64,000 bases of DNA. It comes from Abditibacterium sp. (GTDB lineage Bacteria > Armatimonadota > Abditibacteriia > Abditibacteriales > Abditibacteriaceae). Position numbers and translations under genes: made by a program. Shown piece by piece: positions 22,202-30,072 of the stretch. How positions within the stretch are numbered: the stretch's first letter is position 1; each line of letters starts with the position of its first letter. Location of the stretch: NCBI GenBank assembly GCA_965246885.1, contig OZ251992.1, positions 2,528,001 through 2,592,000 on the forward strand, in the 5' to 3' direction. Below the pieces are notes generated by a model. It was not told the origin of the DNA, did no database searches, and saw only the letters and a program-made list of their open reading frames with translations.

Positions 22202-23514
22202 TGGGATTGTGGGATGGGGTCAACTTTGGCAACGCAAAGCAGGTAAAGCAAGCAGATGGTTTCCAGTGCATTTTTCTCGTGGGAGAGCATTCGCACCTCG
22301 TCCTCGGTCAACCGGAGTTTGGGTTCGTTGATTGGCCCTAAATCCTTCAATAGCGAGAGTAGCTCTCCTGACGTTTGCGAGCGTCCCAACCTCTTGATGA
22401 AAGATTCTCGCGGGCGGTCTTCCATCTTCTCAACTTTTCGAGCGATGCTTTCAAGCGTGTCAAAACGGTCTTTTTTGTCGAGTGCGAAATTTTCGTAGAT
22501 TTCGAGCATTTGTTTTTCTTTAGGCAGCAAAGCGCCATTGTTGTCTTTGCGTGCGTTGATGTGACGCAACAGAACGTAGGCAATAGAGCGGCGCTTTTCG
22601 ATGTCCTCGCAGAGCCGCTCAAAGAGGTCGTTGATGTATGGCTGCTTGGCTTTTGCGTCTTTGAACTTAGGCTTCTCACCCTCTCTGGCCAGAGCGAGAA
22701 ATTCTTTCTTCAGATCGTTTTGTGCCAACGCAGCAAAGAACGTAAGGGCTTGAGCGGGCAAGTGTAATTGATGCCAAACAGCTTTGTCCCCTGAGTTACT
22801 GAAAGTGATCAAGGTAGCTCCATTGACCGCTTTACGCAAGATGAAACCGACGGAGTGCCTGTCCCACAAACGACTTCCAGAAACAATTTCCAAAAGCTCT
22901 GCGCGTCCCGTCAACGAGTTGCGGTTTGTGTAGAGGTCGCTTTTCTTCGCCCTAATCGACATCGCTTGATTGATGGTTTGCCACCCAAGCCTGACTGCTT
23001 CCACCAATAAATCAGGTTCTACAAGGTGGAATAGGTAGGGACCACTGTTGCCAAATTCACAGCCTAACGGCAGCAGAAGAACAGCGCGAAAACAGTTGGC
23101 ACAAAGCAGCTTCCCAGAAAGATTGGGGAATGTGCAAGCATCTCCATCAGTGCTGGCACTGAGCGGAAACCAAGAGCGATTCGCCTCCCCAAAGACTTCG
23201 GACGCTCCACAGATTTGGCAGAAACCTGAGCGCGTCTTTGGCGAGTCAGAAAGGAGACTTTTCACCGTTGCATGATACCATTTGGAGGAATCTAAATTCT
23301 TCCCCATGAAAGGGTTGTTCATCCAGAAAGAAGAGACAACTCCTAAGACATTCAGTGCTTTGCCTTTGCCCTTGTATGGACTTAAATTGTCCTCTAACTT
23401 TCTCAAAGTCAGAATCAAATCCTCTGACTGCACCTCCGAGATAGAAGCCTTATTTTGCTCAACGGCAGCGATAGCGTATCCCACGTCAATGAAAGGGTGT
23501 CCTGTTTGATTCAT
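22198..23514 (-). CDS. cas8b1: Cas8b1 (Cst1-type) large subunit
   Basis: N-terminal TGHPFIDVG and the CQICG...WFPL...LCANC (CxxC-CxxC) pattern of Cst1/Cas8b1; lies between cas6 and cas7. Confidence 0.85.
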   Translation of the reverse strand: MNQTGHPFIDVGYAIAAVEQNKASISEVQSEDLILTLRKLEDNLSPYKGKGKALNVLGVVSSFWMNNPFMGKNLDSSKWYHATVKSLLSDSPKTRSGFCQICGASEVFGEANRSWFPLSASTDGDACTFPNLSGKLLCANCFRAVLLLPLGCEFGNSGPYLFHLVEPDLLVEAVRLGWQTINQAMSIRAKKSDLYTNRNSLTGRAELLEIVSGSRLWDRHSVGFILRKAVNGATLITFSNSGDKAVWHQLHLPAQALTFFAALAQNDLKKEFLALAREGEKPKFKDAKAKQPYINDLFERLCEDIEKRRSIAYVLLRHINARKDNNGALLPKEKQMLEIYENFALDKKDRFDTLESIARKVEKMEDRPRESFIKRLGRSQTSGELLSLLKDLGPINEPKLRLTEDEVRMLSHEKNALETICLLYLLCVAKVDPIPQSQ

Positions 23515-23524
23515 GATGATCTTC

Positions 23525-24232
23525 TTAAATCAAGCTCCCAAATCCCATCCCAGTATGCCCGCCAACCCCAACATTCCATGCGAAGCGCACGGCTTCGGGG
23601 GTGGGGGCTTCGATGATGACGGGGCAGAAGCTGGCGCGCTTTTGGAAGTCGGGGCCGGTGGGGTTGTCTTTGATGTGGATGAGTTTTGATTTGGGCGTGG
23701 GATACGCGCGGTCGAAGCGGGCGGTGGCGCCTTGACACAGGTCGGGGTGTCCGGCGGCGGCGAGTTTTTGGTGGAGGGCGCGCGTGAGCAGTTCGTCGGC
23801 GCGCGGGTGGTTCCACAGGATGTGGGCGTCGGGGCGCTCGAGTGCGTCGCCGCGCACGAAGACGGGGCTGGCCACGCGAAAGGTGTGGCGCGCGCCGAAG
23901 TCGGGCGTGGCCTGCGCATAGGTTTCGACGATTTCCATGCCAAACAGGAACTCGGCGCGAAGCGTTGTTGCCTCGATCACGCGCTCGATGAGGGCTTGGC
24001 CGTCGGGGGTGTCGGGCGCGCTCAGAAACCAACTCGCGCCAAACGGAAAGTCGAGTCCGCCCTCGCGGGGACGGTTGCGCGCGCTTTGAATCCCGCCGAG
24101 CGAATACAAACTGAGCGCGTTGTGCTGCGGATTGTTGTTGCCCAGCCACGAATGGAACAGCGTCGTGAGCGGCCCAGCGTAGTTGAAAGGCACGGTCTGG
24201 CGGTTGGGCAATAATTGGAAGTAAAGTCTCAT
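23525..24232 (-). CDS. cas6: Cas6 crRNA-processing endoribonuclease
   Basis: VPFNY...LYSLG near the N-terminus and the C-terminal glycine-rich loop GVGGHTGMGFG. Confidence 0.95.
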   Translation of the reverse strand: MRLYFQLLPNRQTVPFNYAGPLTTLFHSWLGNNNPQHNALSLYSLGGIQSARNRPREGGLDFPFGASWFLSAPDTPDGQALIERVIEATTLRAEFLFGMEIVETYAQATPDFGARHTFRVASPVFVRGDALERPDAHILWNHPRADELLTRALHQKLAAAGHPDLCQGATARFDRAYPTPKSKLIHIKDNPTGPDFQKRASFCPVIIEAPTPEAVRFAWNVGVGGHTGMGFGSLI

Positions 24233-24236
24233 GGGA

Positions 24237-25232
24237 TTAAGGTTGGAACTCTTGGGCCGAAGCCCCCTGTTCGTAACCCGGTGTCATGGCGCACAGATGC
24301 TCGCGCACCAAGGCCACCAGTTCGGGCGGTGCTAAGGCCCGCGCGTGGCGACCATAGCCCAACACCCAGCGCGCCACTTCTTGGAGTCCCGAAGCGGGGA
24401 ACTCCAGCAACAAACCGCCATCGGGCAAGGGCTGTTTGTGCTGCTGCGGGTGCCAGTCGCGCTCGGCGATATAGCGCGCTTGGTAGGCGTCGAACCACAC
24501 GCGCACTTGGTGCGTCGTTTCGCCCGCTTCGGCGCAAAACATCGTGCGAATGTAGGTTTCGGCATTGAACGCCGGACTGATCACAAAGTTCGAGGCGAGC
24601 GGCTCGAACTGCGTGACGCGCGCGATGTTGAAGCAACGGATGGCGCCCCGGTTCTCGTCCCACGCGATGAGGAACCACTCGCCGCGCAGCCAGCGCACAA
24701 GGTAAGGATGGACAACGCGCTCGCTCGACTGTCCGCGCGAGGCGGTGAAGTAGTGCATCTTCACCTTTTGGCGCCGCGACTGCGCGCTGCATAGCGCCTG
24801 ACAGGTCGCGGCATCCACCCGCGCGGCGGGCGACAACCCAAACGAGGTCGCCGCGCGCAGTTCGTTCAAGTCCACCGAGACCGGGCCACTCGCGGTCGCC
24901 GCGATTTTAGCGACGACGCCCGACAGCGCCTCGCCAAAGCCGGTGTTGCCAATCGAGCGGGCGATCTCGACCGACAGGAAGAACGCCAACAGTTCGCCCT
25001 CACTCAGATGAACCGCCGGAAGCACCCACGTCGCGTCGCGGTAGCACCATCCGCCCCGTTTGTGGTGGAAGACAATCGGCGCACCCATCGCCAACAACTT
25101 GAGGCGGTCGCGGTAGATCATGCGCTCGTCCACACCCAACGCAAGGGCGAGCGAACGCGCGCCGGGATACTCCCCGGCCCGTACGCGCCGGTCGATCTCC
25201 ACGAGCCTGACCCACTGGTTCGTCGTTGCCAT
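24237..25232 (-). CDS. HTH-WYL-WCX transcriptional regulator (YafY/PafB/DriD-like)
   Basis: wHTH (LALALGVDERMIYRD), WYL domain (RVVHPY...GEWFLIAWD...IRCFNIARV) and WCX (RWVLGYGRHARALAPPEL). Start at ATG 25232; the track starts at 25247. Stops 4 nt before cas6. Confidence 0.92.
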   Translation of the reverse strand: MATTNQWVRLVEIDRRVRAGEYPGARSLALALGVDERMIYRDRLKLLAMGAPIVFHHKRGGWCYRDATWVLPAVHLSEGELLAFFLSVEIARSIGNTGFGEALSGVVAKIAATASGPVSVDLNELRAATSFGLSPAARVDAATCQALCSAQSRRQKVKMHYFTASRGQSSERVVHPYLVRWLRGEWFLIAWDENRGAIRCFNIARVTQFEPLASNFVISPAFNAETYIRTMFCAEAGETTHQVRVWFDAYQARYIAERDWHPQQHKQPLPDGGLLLEFPASGLQEVARWVLGYGRHARALAPPELVALVREHLCAMTPGYEQGASAQEFQP

Positions 25233-25319
25233 TGCTTCTCGCCACATAGCTTAGCCAATGACAATGGGTGCAGAACGACACATGATGTCACTGGACAAAA
25301 TAACTCTGATTTTCGCCCA

Positions 25320-26335
25320 TTATTTCTCACAGTCGCCTGGCCGCTTCCATCGCCTCGTGCGCGCTGGGCCGCTCAACCCGCACCCCGAAATGCCCTGCCC
25401 ACTCCCGCGCAACGGCGTGCCCGCGCCCCCATCGCCCGCGCGTAGCCCGCACCCCAGCGCCGCGCAAATACCCTCCCGCCACCCCGGCAACCGTGCGGGC
25501 AATTCCACCTCGTCCGGGCACCCGGCGACCCCCAGCGCCTCGCTGCCCCCCACGAAGGGATGCCACGTCGCCCGCTCGCAGCAGCCCAGCGCCCAGCTCG
25601 CAGTCGCCCCGCGCGGCCCCATCTCGACCACGAGAGCGAGGCGCAATGCCTCTACCCTGTGCAGCGTCGCATGGTCGCACCCGAACACCTTGCGGATGCG
25701 CCCGTCCGCGCTCTGGCGCCAGAAGCGCAGCGTTTGATGAAGCCTGCTCCCCGCGTCCCGAAGCTGTTCCCCCACCCGGTTGTGGAACGCCACGCCCTCT
25801 ATCTCGACCAGAGCGCGCATCCCGCGCGGGCAGATGAAGTCGCCAAGGAGCACGGCAAAGACATGGCGCCGGGCGCTCGCCTCCTCGCGCAGGTCGAACA
25901 GGACGCACTCGCCCCCGCACCCCATCAGAAAGCCGAAGCTCAACCGGGCGTCGAAGTGCAGGCGCGCCAGACCACCGCACGCGCTAAGTTCGGGCAGCAG
26001 GGCGAGTGAGTCTGTGTCCCGGCGTTTGGATTAGCCAAGCGCAAGGAGCGCCTGCCACAACCGCCCGGCTTCGTCCCGATCCCACACCACCTTGGGGATC
26101 AGGGGCGCACCCCGCACGAAAGTCGCTTCCCCGCCCGCTTCTTGAAGCACCATGAGCGCCCCCCGTCGCAGAATCTGGCCATGCGCCCCCGGAACGCGCG
26201 CCCCTCCAAGCCCCGCACATTGAGGTAAAAAGTAGCTTCGACCGGCGCTTCCCAGTGGGCGGGGTCGAAGAACTGCCGGGAGTGGGAGTCAAGCGTGAGC
26301 GTTTGGGGCTGTGCAGGGAGAGCGGGGTTTGACAT
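25320..26335 (-). pseudogene. Degraded gene, possibly a DUF559/Vsr-like nuclease remnant
   Basis: ORF 26099-26335 shifts frame into LIPKVVWDRDEAGRLWQALLALG*. After this TAA the frame continues into ORF 25320-25943, which has GDF...ALVEIEGVAFH...QLRD, resembling the DF..E.DG..H...RD pattern. Confidence 0.4.
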
Positions 26336-26732
26336 AATGAGGAGCGCCGCCTGCTCTTCCCCAACGGAGCCAAACGGAGCGGCACCCCCAAAGTGAAACC
26401 CGCGAAAAACCGCGACACAATCCCCCGCTTTGGCTTTGTCTTAAGCGCGCAGAGGGCAAATTATATGAGAAAATGCCGCAGTTAATCCGCCGTGCTATAG
26501 TCGTTCACGCCCTCGTTGCGTCGAGCAAGGAGTTTAGTCAAATTGCCTAAACTCACCTCCCCTCGCCCAGTCTCTGAACGTTCGATCACGGTGCCTTCGG
26601 CGAACCGTGAAAACCACCCCCGCTGGCCATCTCGCCCAAAGCAGCGAGGACGCTTTTCCGTTTTTCGACTTGGCTTTGCCGGAAAGAATTCCAAGAAACA
26701 CAGTGCCCTATTTTACAATTGTCCCGGTGTGG

Positions 26733-27446
26733 CTATCTAACCGCACGTTGGCGGGCGATGTCAAGAGAGCGGGTCACCCAACGGGCGGGCCAGCCGCGAT
26801 TCCACAGCAAAAGGCAGAGGGTGGTGCGGGCGGGAATTTCCTCTGGCGGGGTTTGGGCGGTGATGGCGGCGCCGCGTTCGAGGAGGGCGGGGAGCGAGAA
26901 GGCGTCGCCGGTTCCCCAGCGCGACGGGGGCAGGGCGTCGGGGCCGACGAAGACTTGAGCGTAGAAGCGAATGGCGCGGCCATCGGAGCGGGCGGCGCGG
27001 CGGAACAGGTCGGCGAGGCGATGCTTGACGCCGATGAAGCCAAAACCTAACTCGCCGCTTCGTTCAATTACCCCGGCTTCCCACCCACCGGTGGCGCGCG
27101 GCGAGGTGGCGAGGGCGGCGCTCCATAAGCGCGCTTCCCCCTCGTCCAAGCGCGGGTCGCCCGCCGGGTCAAGTTCCATCGCCGCGCGCGCCACTTCGCA
27201 AAACAGCCGCGCAAGCGGGCCGCGTTGTTGAGGATGCACGCCAAAGCGCCACAACTCTTCGCCCTGCGCGAAAAACGCCGCGCCGCACCACTCCCCGAAG
27301 CGTTCGCACATCGCTGCCGCGTCGGGGCGCGCATCTTTGTGAGCATCGAACCACGCTTGCCACGCTGCGGCGCCCGCGTTGAAGGCGCGCCGCGACTCGA
27401 ACAGCGACTCGTCTTCAGGGCGGGCGAAACGGGACAGCGTCGTCAT
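26733..27446 (-). CDS. Hypothetical protein, last gene of the tubulin/ZorAB-like operon; possible cold-shock-like OB segment
   Basis: 237 aa, ATGA overlap with the upstream gene. GVIERSGELGFGFIG...DLF resembles the CSD RNP-1/RNP-2 motifs. Confidence 0.7.
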   Translation of the reverse strand: MTTLSRFARPEDESLFESRRAFNAGAAAWQAWFDAHKDARPDAAAMCERFGEWCGAAFFAQGEELWRFGVHPQQRGPLARLFCEVARAAMELDPAGDPRLDEGEARLWSAALATSPRATGGWEAGVIERSGELGFGFIGVKHRLADLFRRAARSDGRAIRFYAQVFVGPDALPPSRWGTGDAFSLPALLERGAAITAQTPPEEIPARTTLCLLLWNRGWPARWVTRSLDIARQRAVR

Positions 27447-28339
27447 CGGGCGGCATCCTTCATCAAATGCTGGACGCGCGCTTCGGCTTGGAGGGCGGAA
27501 GAAAGCGACGCGAGCAGTTGGTCAAGGGGCGGCGCGTCGCGCTCGGTGTACTCGATCTTGAACTCGACAACCGGCAAGCGCCGCACTTGGTCGCCGCGCC
27601 CCGAAGCAATCACCCACGCCGACGGCAACACACCCAAGCCCGCGTTATACGGCTCGCGCGCGGCCTGATACTCTTGCAAGTGCCACTCGTGGAAGCGCTT
27701 TGGATCCCAAATCTTGGCGACTTTGGCCCGATAGTCCACCTTGTCGCCGTCGGGAGTGCGCGTCGTGAGGAAGCGAAAAATCGGGGACTTGTAGTCTTCG
27801 GTCACGTCGCCCAGAACATGCGTCTGGCTCCAGAACGCGCGGATTTTTTCGGCGCGCGCTTGCGAGAGGGGCCAGACATCCTTCTCATCCGGCGCGGCGT
27901 GGCCTTCGATGACGATGGATTTGATGCGCGAACGTTGGAGGAGGAGAACGCGCCCGAACGCGCCCAAGACTTTTTGCGCGGCGCTGGGCGCGGCGAAGAC
28001 GGTGGAGTTGTGCCCGAAGTCGAGGCGTCCTTGCAAGAAGCGGAAGCGTTGGATGGTGCCGTCGTCCTCGACTTCCAGCACGTCGCCGATTTGGTATTTG
28101 CTTTGGTTATCGGGCGCGCGCTGGTTCTTGATGAGACCCGCCCCCGACAATTGTGAGATGAGCGCGTTAGCGATGGCCAAGCGACGCGCGTCGCGCTGGG
28201 CGATGAGTTCCATCTGCTCCGAATACACCGTCGTCGAAAGCAGAAACAGCGCGATGATGCACACGAGCGACACCATCACGTCGGCCAGCACCACGAACGG
28301 ATTGGCGAAGAACTCGAACGCTCCGCGTTTACGTCTCAC
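27443..28339 (-). CDS. ZorB/MotB-like protein (one TM helix with Asp, OmpA-like periplasmic domain)
   Basis: TM PFVVLADVMVSLVCIIALFLL; OmpA-like motifs IVIEGHA, WPLSQARAEKI, ASGRG...RR..VEFKI. GTG start at 28339 overlaps the upstream TGA and follows a GGGAG SD. Confidence 0.85.
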   Translation of the reverse strand: MRRKRGAFEFFANPFVVLADVMVSLVCIIALFLLSTTVYSEQMELIAQRDARRLAIANALISQLSGAGLIKNQRAPDNQSKYQIGDVLEVEDDGTIQRFRFLQGRLDFGHNSTVFAAPSAAQKVLGAFGRVLLLQRSRIKSIVIEGHAAPDEKDVWPLSQARAEKIRAFWSQTHVLGDVTEDYKSPIFRFLTTRTPDGDKVDYRAKVAKIWDPKRFHEWHLQEYQAAREPYNAGLGVLPSAWVIASGRGDQVRRLPVVEFKIEYTERDAPPLDQLLASLSSALQAEARVQHLMKDAAR

Positions 28340-30072
28340 GAACGGCTCCCCGGCCACGAAATAACGAGACCCTTATCCAACCGGGCGGTTGAAGCGCGCA
28401 TTTGGGCGACTTGCACATTCAGGGTGTGCACTTGCGCGGCGATGGACACGACGTTGGCTTGCAGGTTTTGCGACACCTGCGCTGCGCCGCGCAGTTCGTC
28501 GCGCAACGTTTCGACTTGCGCACCGACGCCGTTCAGCCCGCTTAGCGATTGGCCCAGCGACTGCGGCAGTTCGCGCACGATGGCCTCGCGCAGTTCGCCG
28601 CGCAATCCAACGAGCTCTTGCCGTACCTCGCTCACGTTGTCGCCCACGCGCTTGAATCCGGCGCCCTGCCCGTTTTCGATGAGCAGGAGCGGCTCGTTGC
28701 CCAGCGACGCCGGAAGCGCCAAAATCGTTTCTTCGACGCGCAACGCATATTCGCCCATGCCGTCCAGCACGGCGCGGAATTGGTCGAGCAGCAGCTTTTC
28801 GCTTTGGACGCCGCCCTCAATGGCGTCGGATACGCGCAGCAGACCGCGCGCGATCTCCTCGCGTAGCGTCGAAAGCGCGGTTTGTGTCGCGGCCTTCATG
28901 TCGGCGCCCAGCGACAGGGCGGAACTTTGCGCGTCGCGCGCGAGTTGTTGGCTCGACAGCGCGGATTCGAGCATCACGCCGTGTGTTTTAGCGTTTTCGG
29001 CCAGCAGTTCGCGGCGCAGTTCGCCCAATTCCACGAACGTGCGGCCCGCGCCCAACACGGCTTCGCGGAGGGCGCCCAGACTTTCTTGCCCGGCGCTGTT
29101 CCATTCGCGCGTCGCGCTGCCAAGCGTTTCGCCGTGCGTTTGGATGGTGCTTTGCAAGTCGCTTAAACCGCCCGCGAGTTGGCTGGACGCACCCGCGAAA
29201 CCCAGCGCGGCGCCGTCCAAGGTATCGGCGGACGCCGCCAAACTTTTGGCGATGGCCTCGTTCGCCTCGCGCAGTTCTTTGGCGCTCGCCCCCACGCTTT
29301 GCAGCGATTCTAGGGCGCTGCCAATGCCCTGCGTGAAGCCGTTGGCGATGATTTCCATCCGCTTAACCGCCGCTTCGAGGCGCGGCAACTCTTCGGTGCG
29401 CTCCATCATTTGTGCGGCGAGTGGCTCGATTTCGAGCAACGAGAACTCCTCGACTTCCTCGCGCAAACGCTCCCAGCCGCGCTCTTGGGCGTTGATTTTA
29501 CCGGCCAAAACGAGCGTGAAGCCCACGCCCGCCGCCGTTGACCCAAAGGCCGCGCCCATGCCGCCGAACACCGCCGTCATGTGCGCGACGACTTCCTTTA
29601 GGCCCGTCGCCGCCGAAGTTTCCGCCGCGTTGCGTCCGACCAGAAACGCCAGTTGCGCCACCGCCTGTCCCAAGCAAACGAGGGTTCCCGCCAATCCGAT
29701 GAACACAAAAGCGCCTTGCCAGTAGCGCGCTTCTTCGGTGACGGCGTAGAAAATCTGCGGAAGCGTCGCTTCGGGGCGGCGCGAGCGGTTGCGCGAGGTG
29801 AGCCGCGCGCGCTTCCACACGAGCGTATTGGTGACTAGCACAGATCTGAGCTTGTCCACGAGCGCCGCCGCGTTGTCTCCGGCGGCGCGCGACTCTTCGA
29901 CCAGCTTCGCGGCGCCATCCAGCGCCGCGCGCTCGATGGACAGCGCTTCCGCGAGCGCGTTCAGTTGCGCGTTTTGCCGTTGAAAACGCACGAACAGGTA
30001 CAAGAACACCCCCGCGACGATGGCCAGTTCAACCAAACCCGCCGGGGTGAGAAAGGGGGAAAGCCAGTTCAT
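28336..30072 (-). CDS. ZorA/MotA/ExbB-like membrane protein with a long cytoplasmic helical tail
   Basis: Three hydrophobic segments, including FIGLAGTLVCL and MGAAFGSTAAGVGFTLVL (MotA/TolQ/ExbB GxxGT and AFxxT motifs), followed by ~380 aa of Ala/Leu/Glu-rich coiled-coil-like sequence. Confidence 0.85.
   Translation of the reverse strand: MNWLSPFLTPAGLVELAIVAGVFLYLFVRFQRQNAQLNALAEALSIERAALDGAAKLVEESRAAGDNAAALVDKLRSVLVTNTLVWKRARLTSRNRSRRPEATLPQIFYAVTEEARYWQGAFVFIGLAGTLVCLGQAVAQLAFLVGRNAAETSAATGLKEVVAHMTAVFGGMGAAFGSTAAGVGFTLVLAGKINAQERGWERLREEVEEFSLLEIEPLAAQMMERTEELPRLEAAVKRMEIIANGFTQGIGSALESLQSVGASAKELREANEAIAKSLAASADTLDGAALGFAGASSQLAGGLSDLQSTIQTHGETLGSATREWNSAGQESLGALREAVLGAGRTFVELGELRRELLAENAKTHGVMLESALSSQQLARDAQSSALSLGADMKAATQTALSTLREEIARGLLRVSDAIEGGVQSEKLLLDQFRAVLDGMGEYALRVEETILALPASLGNEPLLLIENGQGAGFKRVGDNVSEVRQELVGLRGELREAIVRELPQSLGQSLSGLNGVGAQVETLRDELRGAAQVSQNLQANVVSIAAQVHTLNVQVAQMRASTARLDKGLVISWPGSRS

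Noticed and set aside
27443..30072. Flagellar MotAB, ExbBD/TolQR, or canonical Zorya type I/II/III
   Set aside because: The long tail and OmpA-type partner do not fit ExbBD/TolQR; no flagellar genes are nearby; I could not recognise zorC/D/E/F/G. HMM confirmation is still needed.
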